This document shows, in pieces, positions 1 through 11,811 of a DNA stretch of 64,000 nt. The stretch comes from Felis catus (taxonomy: Eukaryota), in NCBI RefSeq assembly GCF_018350175.1, contig NC_058368.1:141796001-141860000 (forward strand). The letters are read 5' to 3'. Position 1 is the first letter of the stretch, and the number at the start of each line of letters is the position of its first letter. The notes below the pieces were generated by a model. The model saw only the letters and a program-made list of their open reading frames with translations, ran no database searches and was not told where the DNA came from. The position numbers and the translations under genes are program-made.

Positions 1-59
1 GCACAGAGCAAGATGGAGAAGCAGAGGAGTAATTCCAGAGAGATAAACAGAAGATATCC

Positions 60-392
60 AACAAGGAGACAGGAATAAAAGTGAGAGTGAGGTTTCTTAG
101 AAAGCTTCTGAGAGACAGACTTTTTAGCCATCTTTTTGCTCTTTACTTCCTGGAATACAGACACGATGCCTAGAAGCACAGCCATCATATTTTGGACATG
201 GAAGATGCAAAACACACGCTAAGAGTGGTGAATCAGAGAGAGCCTGGTTCCACAGGTGCCCTGAAACACCTATCCCTAGAAACACTACATGATAAAAACC
301 AAAACCACCAAACAAGCAACCAATGAATATTTTAGTTACTTAATGTCAGGTTTCCAAATTCAGCCAGATGCAATACTGACTAATTTAGATAC
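60..392 (+). mobile_element. MLT1-type (ERVL-MaLR) solo LTR, old and degraded
   Basis: MLT1-like segments 'ttcctggaatacagacacgatgcctagaagcacagccatcat' and 'gctaagagtggtgaatcagagagagcctggttcc', ending 'cagccagatgcaatactgactaat'; boundaries approximate. Confidence 0.55.
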
Positions 393-1472
393 CTTGCTAA
401 AGTCTCCAATCAGATATGCTCAATTGTTAAGTTTCTGTCCTCTTTGATGTTCTAGACAGTAAGCATCATCTAGGAATGACTGGAGTTAATTGTTGATACT
501 TCATAAAACATTCATCTTCCTTCTTAAAATTAAAAATTAACATAATTGAATTGACAGTAGAAATAAGCTGAAGTCAACAATTTTCTATTATCTGCATATT
601 AATTGATACCCTAAAGTATTTTTTTAGCTCATTTAAGATAGCTCTGGGAGCAAATAAGGTGTCAAATTTGTAAAACTTGTTTAGCACTTCTACTTAAAAT
701 GTCCACTTTTTAAGTTAAAAAAGTATTTGATATCTAGTGCACCAAACTGTATAAAGATTTTTTACCTAGAAAATAATTATGAAAATACAGCAAGAAATAG
801 AATGATACCAAAATTACTCGTGTTTAAATAAATTCTCTCATAAAGATAAAATGAAACAGTTATGTCATAGCTGAATAAACAACAAAAAAAAGATAGTATA
901 GCAAACTAAACTTGTACCTACTTATCCATATATCTACCTATTAGTATGTGTTATATGATGCATTAGATACTACTAAAGAGGCATACTACTTTCTGGTAGC
1001 ATCTATAATTTTTGAATATAAATTCATATTCTGACTACGCCAAAGAAGTCTGACAGTTAAAGGAATTCAACTGGTGGATTTTATGGTAAAGAAAATAACT
1101 ATATTCTAATTTAACTGTTTTATGAAATTTGCCTCTTATGAATTGGGGCAAACTGTATACAGATAAACCTGTGATTTGTGACCAATCTGAGTCTTTAGAA
1201 GCCTATTAAAGATTTTATACACTTTTATAGATCAGTTAGATCCCTCAGTCTCACAGTCACCAGTGGCCTATTCTAAGTGCATCCTTAAAGCCTAAACTGT
1301 GGGGTGCTGATGTTCAGAAAAATGAGGTGTCAGTGGGGTTGGTGACAGAAATTAAGAGTGGTGGGTCACAGGCAGGATCTCTATATGCCAGAGCATCCAC
1401 AGGGCATGCAGAGGGGTGGAATGTCTATACACACCAACTTCCCCTGGGCTCAGACATTGATGAAACTAGTTT

Positions 1473-2144
1473 TTGTTTGTTTGTTTGTTTGTTTGTTTTC
1501 AATATATGAAATTTATTGTCAAAATGGTTTCCATACAACACCCAGTGCTCATCCCAAAATGTGCCTTCCCCAATACCTATCATCCACCCTCCCCTCCCTC
1601 CCACCCCCCATCAACCCTCAGTTTGTTCTCAGTTTTTAAAGAGTCTCTCATGCTTTGGCTCTCTCCCACTCTAACCTCTTTTTTTTTTTTTCCTTCCCCT
1701 CCCCCAAGGGTTTCTGTCAAGTTTCTCAGGATCCACATAAGAGTGAAAACATATGGTATCTGTCTTTCTCTGTATGGCTTATTTCACTTAGCATCACACT
1801 CTCCAGTTCCATCCACGTTGTTACAAAGGGCCATATTTCGTTCTTTCTCATTGTCCTGTAGTACTCCATTGTGTATATAAACCACAATTTCTTTATCCAT
1901 TCATCGGTTGATGGACATTTAGGCTCTTTCCATAATTTGGCTGTTGTTGAGAGTGCTGCTATAAACATTGGGGTACAAGTGCCCCTATGCATCAGTACTC
2001 CTGTACCCTTGGGTAAATTCCTAGCAGTGCTATTGCTGGGTCATAGGGTAGGTCTATTTTTAATTTTCTGAGAAACCTCCACACTGTTTTCCAGAGTGGC
2101 TGCACCAATTTGCATTCCCACCAACAGTGCAAGAGGGTTCCCGT
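1473..2144 (-). mobile_element. 5'-truncated felid L1 (ORF2 C-terminus plus 3'UTR)
   Basis: ORF 1726-1992 (CTPMFIAALSTTAKLWKEPKCPSTDEWIKKLW) is the L1 ORF2 C-terminus; perfect 16-bp TSD ttgatgaaactagttt at 1457-1472 and 2145-2160; tail converted to (AAAC)n. Confidence 0.95.
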
Positions 2145-2399
2145 TTGATGAAACTAGTTTAACTCAACATACTGTGGTTCAATAACATGAAACTTTTCTT
2201 TGGAATTATTATTGCACTATTTTGTGCAACCCTTGCTCTCCAGATCAGATTTAACTTAATAAAACATCTCTGGAGGATATGTAGTAAACAATGAAGTTTT
2301 GGTTGCCTGCCTTAATGTAGCCAAGTATGAAAGACGCTTATTACTTTTGGTTACCGCCCTTTTTCTTAGCGATATTGCTTCGGTTAATCTTACCTAGTA

Positions 2400-2796
2400 A
2401 AAAAGTGGCTAGATGTTCTTTTTTACTCCTGGCAACCTGCTAGACTATATTTCCCAGTCTCCTTTATAGTCAGGTACAGCCATCTGATAACTTCTTCCCA
2501 ATAGAATGTGGGCAGAAGTGACATATACCACCTTTAGACCTGGCCCATAACGAGCTTCTTTTCTCTTTCCCTTATGTCAGCTAAATGCATAGGATCCTGT
2601 TGAGGCCTTAGAGAACAACATAGCCATTAACTGCAAGGAGCATAGGTCCCTGAAAGACTGAGTAGAGTCTTCCTGCCAACCTTATTGGATTGACATGAAA
2701 AGGAAAAACAAACAACAACAATAAAACACATTTAATGTTACACCACTGAGACTTTAGGACTATATGGTATAGCAATTAACCCACCCCAACTAATAA
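2400..2796 (+). mobile_element. MLT1/ERVL-type LTR remnant
   Basis: 'tatttcccagtctcc...ccaatagaatgtgggcagaagtgacatataccacc' and 3' end 'atagcaattaacccaccccaactaata'. Confidence 0.55.
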
Positions 2797-2918
2797 TTCT
2801 CAAGATCTGTATATGAAAAGATTACTATTATCTTCTCAATTCATATAAATAAATAAAAATAAGTATATATGAGACTTACTGATTATTCCAGTGAAAGTTC
2901 AGAAAATACTTATTCCCA

Positions 2919-3043
2919 GGGCACCTGGGTGGCTCAGCTGGTTAAGCGTCCAACTCTTAGTTTCAGCTCAGGTCATGATCTCATGGTTCGTGAGTGTTAG
3001 CTCTGCATCCGGCTCTGCGCTGATGGTGCAGAGCCTGGTTAGG

Positions 3044-3099
<56 letters not shown>

Positions 3100-3129
3100 A
3101 CTCTCAAAATAAACTTAAGAAAAATAAAA
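2919..3129 (+). mobile_element. Carnivore SINE (CanSINE/SINEC)
   Basis: gggcacctgggtggctcag head, (CT)n, A-rich tail; 18-bp TSD agaaaatacttattccca at 2901-2918 and 3130-3147. Confidence 0.95.
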
Positions 3130-4234
3130 AGAAAATACTTATTCCCAAATGACTTTAACAGACTTTGGCATAGAGTTCTATAGGCTTGATAAGCATCAGA
3201 CTTCATTTTTGGTGAATAGATGCCACAAAACTGAGGACTTTCATTCCTGTTTCTTTCACCTAGAATCTATTTTTAAAACCCAGTCTTCAGAAAATTATTC
3301 ATTTTCAGTATTACACTATACTATCAATAAGTCAGAATACAAGACTGTCATCCCTTCTTAACAAGGAAGAAAAATAATTGCATATATAGTTTTTTAATGT
3401 TTCAACATTTTTTATCTAATCATTGCTTTTGGTTCAATAAGAGTAAATGCTTGTGCCAGTGGCACATGCTTACAAGAAATAGTTTAGTTAATGCGCTAAT
3501 TAGTGCATTCATGCTACTGCCATGGGTTATCCTATATTTAATATATACTCATTATATTCAGATAAACTCTAGCTTGCACAAATTGTTCTTGGAAATGGCT
3601 TATTCTCTCAAAGTCTTTTACTCACCCCAATCTTTTATATTATGCTATTTGACCAAATTAGTAATGTTTGACTCATTAGCATGATGGGCCTCCAGTTATT
3701 TTTTTCTCTTAGATGCTTTCAATCGACTATTCAGAGATTAGTTTTCCTTACACAGAGTCATTGAACTCAGTCATCTCAAAATAGCTAAAACAAAGCAGTA
3801 TAGATCAGCTCCAGGTTCAATGGTCACACTGTAGGAACACAATTCATTTGTTAATTAAATGCATACTATCTACACTACTGCCTCCTGCTAGCTTCAAATT
3901 TCTGTGAGAATTCTCCGTTTGCCTGAGGAATGAAAATAAAATAGACGCACTCTCTGCTTTGCTAAATAGTCTTCCTTGGAAGCTTTCCTCCTACTCCTTT
4001 TTTTTAAACGTTAGTTTGTGGATTAGCCTAGCAGAATTTTTATATCAACTCAGCCACTTGTTTCTGCCCACTGCCTCCAAATTAAGGACATTATATCAAT
4101 AATTAGATAGTAACACAACTTTTGGAAACAACCAACTGACATATTACAGTTCTGCCCAGAAGCCCCAGAGACAAATCTAATTTGGACCCAAACTTGTAGA
4201 CAGATTTTGCCCTGCATATATGCTTGAGTCTGCT

Positions 4235-4630
4235 CAATACTGAGCTCCCTGAAGGCAGGAACTGTAACTGTTTGGCTTTGTGAGTATATGCAGCACCTGG
4301 TACAGTGCCTAGAACATACATGTTTCCCAAAAAGTATTTTACTGAAAGGAGGAGGTTTTAAGAGATAAGGTTGGAGTACTTCATATGCCATACTAAGTAA
4401 TTTGGACTTCATCCTGGAAGAACCAGTAATTTTAGGCAGGGGAGTTACATGAATACATCTTCATTTTTAGAAAGCTCTCTCTGGCAATATATGCTAGATA
4501 CATTGGACTCCAGGCTATGTGAAGGTAAGGGACTTTGCCTATCTTGATCATTCCTGGTATCCCTTGTACACAGCACAGTGCCTGGAACATATAATCTACT
4601 TAAGAGATAATTGCTAAATGAATGAATAAA
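4235..4630. mobile_element. Cluster of L2 fragments
   Basis: Two L2 3'-end motifs (gagctccctgaaggcagg...cagtgcctagaacata; cagcacagtgcctggaacat...aaatgaatgaat) flanking an opposite-strand L2-like piece. Confidence 0.6.
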
Positions 4631-5479
4631 AAGTCCATGAAGTTAGTCTCTGAATCCTCCAGAAAAACAGGGAGATTTTAAGGCCTCATGAGAAATTTTG
4701 ATCTTCTCTAGGTTAGCCTTGTGATTTGATTTTGGAACTCTTAGTTGGTCATTGATCCATCTGAACCTGAGAAATTCACCAGAATAGAGTGGGATGTCAC
4801 TCTGATCTGGAGAAATCTTTTTGGAACCACCTAGACCTATCTCTTGGGCTTAAACTGGAACTGATTTATTCTCCAAAACATAGAGAGGGATGAGCCATCC
4901 TTCTTGAGAACATTTTCTCAAGGGACACATGGAGAATGCTTGAGGTCCTTGTCAGTCCATTCTCAAAGTACAGCATTCCAAAAGAAGAGTACAAACCATG
5001 GGACCAGCAGTTAATTTTATGGTTGATAAACATGTTTCAACCTTGAGCTCCCAGATGATGCGTTTCTATGGGTCACCTAAGCAACCTCTGGAGTGCTGAC
5101 CTTTGAAACATGGGTATCACAATCTGCCATTTGAGGCTTTTTACCGACTCTGGTGTCCACACAGTTCGGTAAGTCTTGCTTCTCACAAAGCCTCCTCCCT
5201 GCTAACCCTAACTGTTCCCAAATAAAAATGAGAAAATTAAACATTTACCTTGATGAGAAAATAGAGCTCTTTCATTGACACTTCTTCACACCCTCACCAA
5301 TGTGATTTAGTTATAGTTTTTAGTAGCTGTTTTTACATTTTTAATTATTTTGTAGAGTTAAAATATGTAATAATGGATAACTGTGCAATACATTAAATAC
5401 TTATGGGTATGTTGTGCCTTCTGTTATAATATAAAATCCATCTATTCTGGTTGATGGGTTTTAACCTCACACAGAATAC

Positions 5480-6200
5480 TTTAAACTCCATTTGGACTTG
5501 TGCCTACAATCACCTTAGCAAAGTCTCTTAAGTAACTGCGCACAGCCTAATTAGTATGCATTATCAATTAACAAACTTAATAGCCGGCAGATTGATTAGA
5601 TCCTCTGTTGCAGGGGCAGAGCTGAAGCGAAACAGAATGAAAAATCATTGCACGCATACACTGCAGCTTTGTTATTTTCTCAGATCCCCTCCTCCTCCTT
5701 CACATTCCTTTAATTAATGTATGCATATGGTTCTGCATATCTGGTAAACCTGAGCTTTTCCGAACTCTTTCATAAAGCTCATTTGTAAACAGAGGGAGTC
5801 CATGCCTCCCTTTTCTTCCAGGGGTTCCGTATATCTTTTTCACCCCTCTTCTTGCCCTTTGTACAGCACTGAATTTTAAAGGGCTGCTTCTCCCATTCTG
5901 ATTACCCTCCCCGTGCTGGAAATGGGAGAGGAATACAAAGATGAGCGGGAAGTATATGCTTTTTAACACAGAGGACTGCTCAGGAGTCACATCGGAGGGG
6001 TTTGACAACCATAAAGTGCTTCTGGCAATTATTTCCAAAAAGAATGGTACAAATGGACTGTCCTGTTACATCTTGTCTATTTTTGATGGACTGGAAACAA
6101 TATGAATAAATGAAGGAAAATCCACATTTTCTGAAAGCAGGGATCAAGCTAAAAGGAGTTGCTAACTGCACTGTTCATAAAACGCTGGCATTATAAGAAT
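5480..6200. promoter_or_regulatory. Candidate conserved non-coding element/enhancer
   Basis: Repeat-free block dense in TAAT/ATTA cores (ctaattag, caattaac, tgattag, ttaattaa) with retained CpGs; conservation not testable here. Confidence 0.4.
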
Positions 6201-6559
6201 TTTACACCTTCCATAAACATTCAACACAAAACTCTAAAAAGACTTCTGAAGACATTTCCAACACCATAAATTGTCACCCTGTAGTGCTGGTTTGGGTTTT
6301 ATTTTTCTATTTTAAACAAAGTAATGGTTCATGCCAGTTTTTTTTATTTATTACTGTTCTCAGGTATAGTATCTTTTTTTTACTTCTATGTGGGAAGAGT
6401 TATAATTAGAAAATGGAGGAGACAAAGAGAAGTTTTAATTTCTGGTTTGAAGGCCACCTATATGCTGGTGGTTTATTGACTATTCCCTCTAAAATCGTAT
6501 TAGGGATAATCCCAGGAGTCCCAGGTCTAGTCAGTTTTTTCTTGACTGTCCTTTGCAAA

Positions 6560-7035
6560 GAAGGTCCTGCCTGCCTTCAACTTCACCTCCTGCCATTCTC
6601 CCCCTTGCTCACCGCACTCTAACCACATTGGCCTTCTCACTGTTCCTGAACAAAGTTCATCCCTCTACTTGCTTCCCTCTGCCTAGGATGCTCATTTTGG
6701 TTTTTCTTATGACTTTTTCTTACCATGGAGGCCTCAGCTCGAATATCATCTCCTAAGAGAGGCCTTCCTCAATCACTGGTCTAAAGTGATGCCCACCTGC
6801 CTCACCCAACTACCAGTACTCTTTTCACCACTCTAATCATATTGATGTCATAGCTCTTCCACTATCTTACATTTCCTAACTAATTTTCTTCTTTATTTAA
6901 TACCTGCATTCCCTGTAAGAATGCAAGATTCTCATTAGCAAAGACCACACGTGTTTATTCATAGCTGTTTGGCTTCAACACTAAGCACAGTGTCTGGTAC
7001 ATTTTAGGAACTTAACAAACGTTTGTTGAATGATA
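6560..7035 (+). mobile_element. L2 3' portion
   Basis: 'ccacattggccttctcactgttcctgaac', 'agagaggccttcct', terminal 'agcacagtgtctggtacat...tttgttgaatga'. Confidence 0.75.
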
Positions 7036-7159
7036 ACATGATTCAATAAATGAAAAGGGAATAAATAAGAAGTGGGATTAATGGGTATGTGCATGGGCAG
7101 AAGAGAAAAAGTAATCAACACTGAATGAACCTGAAGCAATATCAACACTTACAAAATAA

Positions 7160-7995
7160 GCCCATGGACAAAGGACATTTCTCCAAAGAAGATATTCAAA
7201 TGGCCAATAAGCATATAAAAAGACGTTCATCCTTATCCATTAGAAAAATGCAAATCAAAACCACAATGAGATACCACTATACACACACTAGGATGGCTAG
7301 AATCAAAAAGACAGATAATAACAAATGTTGGCAAGGATGTGAAGAAAGTGAAAGTGCATGGCTGGTGGGAATGCAAAATGGTGCTGCCTCTGTGGCAAAT
7401 AGTCTGGTAGTTCCTCAAAATGTTAAACATAGTTACCATATGACCCAGTAATTCCACTCTGAGATATATACCTAGAGATATAAAAACATATGTCCATGCA
7501 AAAACCTGTACACAAATGTTCATAACAGCCATAAAGTGGAAACAGCTCAAAGTCCATCAATGGACGAATGGATAAATAAAATGTGCTATGTCCACACAAT
7601 GGACTATTATCCAGCCACACAAAGGAATAAACTACTGACACATACTACAACATAAGTAAACCTTAAAAACATTATGCTAAGTAGAAAAAGCCAGTCAAGA
7701 AAGACCACATTATGTGCATTTCACTCATATGAAATGCCCAGAACAGACCAACATACAGAGACAGAGTGTATTAGTACTTGCTTTGGGCTTGGACAAGCAA
7801 AAAATAAGGAGTGACTGTTAATGGATACCAGGTTTCTGTTTTAAGTGATGAGAAGGTCATAAAATCGATTATGGAAATGGTTGAACAACTCAGTGAATAT
7901 ACTAAAAACCACTGAACAGTCCGTTTTAAATGGGTGAATTGTATGGTATGTGAATTACAGCTCAGCAAAGCTAGTTTTCAAAAAAAAAAAAAAAT
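7160..7995 (+). mobile_element. Old eutherian L1 (L1MB-like) 3' end
   Basis: ORF 7125-7451 contains [16 protein letters not shown] and [10 protein letters not shown] (L1 ORF2); L1M-type 3'UTR ending in poly(A) at about 7980-7994. Confidence 0.9.
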
Positions 7996-8019
7996 CCATA
8001 AAAGAGACTTTTAAAAAGG

Positions 8020-8185
8020 AATGACAGGAGCTGTGAGGAACACCAGGAGCACAGGGTATCAGGGTGTTTCATGAAGAAGGTGGTTATGTGTGGCCACTTT
8101 CGCCGTTGATCAGATAAAACAAGGACTGAGAAGTGCCCACTGGAGCTAGAAAACAGGGAGGCACTCAGTGGCTTTGGCAAGACAA
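8020..8185 (-). mobile_element. L2 fragment
   Basis: 'aaggactgagaagtgcccactggagctagaaaacagggaggcactcagtggctttggcaagac' resembles antisense L2. Confidence 0.5.
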
Positions 8186-8204
8186 ACATGAGATCCTGGG
8201 AGTC

Positions 8205-8660
8205 ATCTCATTTTGGGTTCCTCTGAAACAGCCCCTGAAATAGGGATTCACCGGCAAGTGTTTCTTTGAGGATAGAGGGGTATCGTGGTAGGGGAGTGGG
8301 GAAAAAGGTGCCGGGTATCAATCAAAGCTGACTCCCTCTGTACTTCTGGAAGGCTGTGCCAACGCTTGCCCCAGAACTGTCCTGTCCCGCAAGGGAGTAG
8401 CTGGGGCGGGGGAAGCGGGGGAGCAGCCCCTACCTGCTGCCAAACACCAGGAAACACTGAAAAGTCTGAGGGCTCTGAGTAGGCACCTGCGCGTCCTCCG
8501 TGGTAGCTGGGGCCGCTCCTTCCAGAAAAAGCGTGGGTGTCCGCAAGGCTGAGCCGGGAGGCGGTAAGCGCTGCAGAGCGCATGTGCGAGGCAGGAGCTG
8601 CGCGCCTCCCGGAGAATGCTGGGAAGGGCAGTAAAGTGGGCGATGGTGCCTGGAGTGGGT
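8205..8660. mobile_element. ERVL LTR (LTR33/LTR16-like), CpG-rich in its distal half
   Basis: Terminal 'ttgggttcctctgaaacagcccctgaaatagggattcaccggcaagtgtttctttgagga' and 'gccccagaactgtcc' resemble LTR33/LTR16. Confidence 0.5.
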
Positions 8661-10309
8661 AGGTTCATGAGGGGGAGGCGTGCAGCTTCTTCCGGGGGGG
8701 TATGGGGCTCTCTGCTGAGGTGAGCAGGTGGCAAGGTCAAAGGTTTGAGGAGGGTGAGGAAAGCTTTACCCAGCTGGAGCCTGACCTTCTCTGAGACAAA
8801 ATTTCCATGTTCCGAGCTGACTGAGTCAGCACCCACCCTTCTCCTCATCTCGCAGGGATCCCATATCATATCTCTGCACATCTCCTTCTGAGCCTTGTGC
8901 TTGTCTTTCACGTGTCAATCCCACCAGCAATCTGTGAGCCCCAGAGGGGTATAGACCAGAACTATGTAATCCCAGTGCCTAACTGGCCCCCATCTAAGAC
9001 TATAGTTACTAAGACAACATGGAGGGTAGGTAGTAATGCTGTTTTGTTTTGTTTGGTCGTTTTACGAATTTTACGCCCAAATTAATAGAAGGCTTTTCTG
9101 TCTGGGGTGGGGCTGGTGGAGGGGATGGAAGGAAGAAGAGGCGTGGAGAATGGGCGGCGGAAATGTAGGGCGAGGGGAAGAAGGTCCTGCCCTGTCCTAA
9201 GCATGCTGGCGTTCCCTGACTTAATCACAGACTCTCAGAGCAGCTATGTGATTTCCTCAGGGGCAGGAACTGTGTCACATTCGTTTTGAATCCCCAGTGC
9301 TTAGGTCTCTCAGGATCTTAGGTTCCCAGTAAATGCTTTTAAGTGGAATTGAAATGGGGCGGTTGGGGGTAAAGACATCCAAAGTGGTTATTTGTCCCCA
9401 AGCTTCCCTCCTCAGCAAGCCTCTTTTGGGGGCCCCCTCCTGGGACCGCCTTTCTGTATAGGACCCTTTGCTGGCTCCTGTTCTACCAAGACTTAGTGCA
9501 AAAAAATAATAAAATATAATTAATAACTTTAGGTGATGCCCAGAAAGCAACTCATAGTCTGGAAATTGATATATAAAAGGAAAGAATCAATATTCATCCT
9601 GTCTTTTCTGTTCCAACAATACCTCACGGTAACCAAATAGTTGTTAAGCCAAAGTTCTTCATAAAATAACTACAGTAACAAATTCAGAAGGAATGATAGA
9701 ATTATATCACTGTTTTGCAAAGAATGGATCTAAATAACCATCCCTAATGGCTGTTCACACCATTAGGTGAAAGGCCAACGGGTAACTTTGTATGATGGAT
9801 CAGGCTAACAACCCCTCAACCTACTGACCAATTGTAAAATCACACAAAAAAGAGACAACCAGATAATATGTGTCTCTTGATGTAATGCAACATGAAGCAT
9901 TCATGTCATTATGTTCTATGACGTAGTCTTGACAAAAAAAGTAGAGCTTAAATATGATTAAGTCTATTGATTTTACTATAGGACACACAGAGAACAGAAG
10001 AATGTGTTAAATTATGGGAATGCATTTAGAAAGAGCCAGAATATGATAAATTTTATGAGAAAAATAATCTGGCTTCTTCAATGAATAAACAAAATGAAAA
10101 GGAGAGGACCTAGAGATTTAAAAAATGCTTTAGAGACATATAAAAAAAATTGTAGAGTATACAACTTGCTTGGATTGTGAAAACAATAAACCAACTGCAA
10201 AAGAAGTTATGACACAATTGTTAGATATTTGATATTAATGAATTAGTGTTAATTTTTTAGGTGTGATAATAGTATCGTGGTTATTTTTTTAAAGAGTTCT
10301 GGCCTTTTA

Positions 10310-10515
10310 GGAGTACCTGGGTGGCTCAATTGGTTAAGCATCTGACTCTTGATTTTGGCTCACGGTTCGTGAGTTCAAGACCCTTATCTGGCTCTGCGCT
10401 GATGGTGCAGATCCTGCTTAGGATTCTCTCTCTCCCTCTCCCTCTGCCCCTCCCCTGTGTGTGCATACAGGTGCACACTCTCTCTCAAAAAATAAACAAA
10501 AAGATATAATTAAAA
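10310..10515 (+). mobile_element. CanSINE
   Basis: SINE head, body and tail; diverged TSD aaagagttct...cttttag on both sides. Confidence 0.9.
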
Positions 10516-10625
10516 AAAGAGTTCTCATCTTTTAGAGGTACAAATTGAAGTACAGTAAGACCTTGGATAGCGAGTAACTTGTTCTGTGAGTGTTCTGCAA
10601 GACGAGAAAACATTTCTAATATATT

Positions 10626-10843
10626 TTTTTAAATTTTTAACGTTTATTTATAATTGAGAGACAGAGAGACACAGACCATGAGCAGGGGAGGGGCCGAGAG
10701 ATGGAGAGACACAGAATCTGAAGCAGACTCCAGGCTGTGAGCTTTCAGCACAGAGCCCGACCCAGGGCTTGAGCTCATAAACCGGGAGATCATGACTTGA
10801 GCCGAAGTCCAACGCTTAACCGACTGAGCCACCCAGGCACCCC
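10626..10843 (-). mobile_element. CanSINE inside the MITE
   Basis: Antisense SINE ending gagccacccaggcacccc; flanked by tctaat(a/t)att. Confidence 0.95.
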
Positions 10844-10854
10844 TCTAATAAATT

Positions 10855-11076
10855 ACTTTAATAATTTTTTTGTTGTTTATTTTTGAGAGAGAGAGAGAGA
10901 GAGGGACAGAGCATGATCAAAGGAAGGGCAGAGAAAGAGGAAAACAGAATCTGAAGCAGGCTCCAGGCTCCGAGCTGTCAGCACAGAGCCCGACATGGGG
11001 CTCGAACTCACAAACCGGAAGATCATGACCTGAGCCGAAGTCAGACACTTAACCAACTGAGCGACTCAGGCACCCC
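10855..11076 (-). mobile_element. Second CanSINE inside the MITE
   Basis: Antisense SINE; flanked by tctaataaatt at 10844-10854 and 11077-11087. Confidence 0.95.
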
Positions 11077-11811
11077 TCTAATAAATTTTAACTTGATAAA
11101 CAAGCGATGTCTTGATAAACAAGACTTGTTTAACTTGATAAACAAGCGATAAACTACTCTTGCAATATGAGTAGTGCACGATGCCGAATGTGACATGATC
11201 ACAACTGAGCTAATGGTTCTCGAAATTTGCTTTGATATACAAATGCTTTGGATTATAAGCATGTTTCCAGAACAAATTATGGTCGCAAACCAAGGTTTTG
11301 CTGTACTTCCAAAAGAAAATATCTTATTTCTGTTAAAAGAAAAAAAGAGGAGGGGGTGTGGAGGAGATGCCTAGATAAACACCACTGGTCAGGTGCTGAT
11401 AATTGTGGAAGCTGCAAGCGCAAAGACACAGCAGTTTAAACTAGTCTCTCCACTTTGGTGTATATTTGGAATTTTCTATAGTGCAAAGTAAAACCCTTGC
11501 TTCCCTAAGGTTTTCAGTATTATGCTTTCCTACCAGAATATCTGTGCTCTAGATTATAATCTAAAGGAATAAATAAAGAAATGAACAAATAAAATGAACA
11601 ACTTGCCTCTCATGAATTGTTACTGGGTATATAGTGACACGTTTGTCTGTGCTACCTAATTTTCACGTACATCACAACTGAGAGACGCTGAAACTCTTTG
11701 CAGGAAGACTTCATTGTTTATTTAGTAACATAAAAGAAGAAGAGCAGTAAGGGAAGGGGATGCAAACCAACTAGTTTCTTTTCCGGTCACTTTGTGAAAA
11801 CTTTGAAAATG

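Larger units (their letters stand above)
10553..11303. mobile_element. Non-autonomous Tc1/mariner-pogo(Tigger)-type DNA transposon (MITE) containing two SINEs
   Basis: TA at 10551-10552 and 11304-11305; imperfect TIRs cagtaagaccttggatagcgagtaacttgttc and (reverse complement) cagcaaaaccttggtttgcgaccataatttgttc. Confidence 0.85.
9530..11490 (+). mobile_element. Old L1M (L1MC/ME-like) 3' region, interrupted by a SINE and a MITE
   Basis: L1M 3'UTR motifs (gagacaaccagataatatgtgtctcttgatg; taggtgtgataatagtat; ctctccactttggtgtatatttggaattttc); sequence resumes across the insertions. Confidence 0.7.

Noticed and set aside
8318..8911. 197-aa minus-strand ORF
   Set aside because: Runs across LTR- and L2-like sequence in a GC-rich patch; no recognisable protein motif
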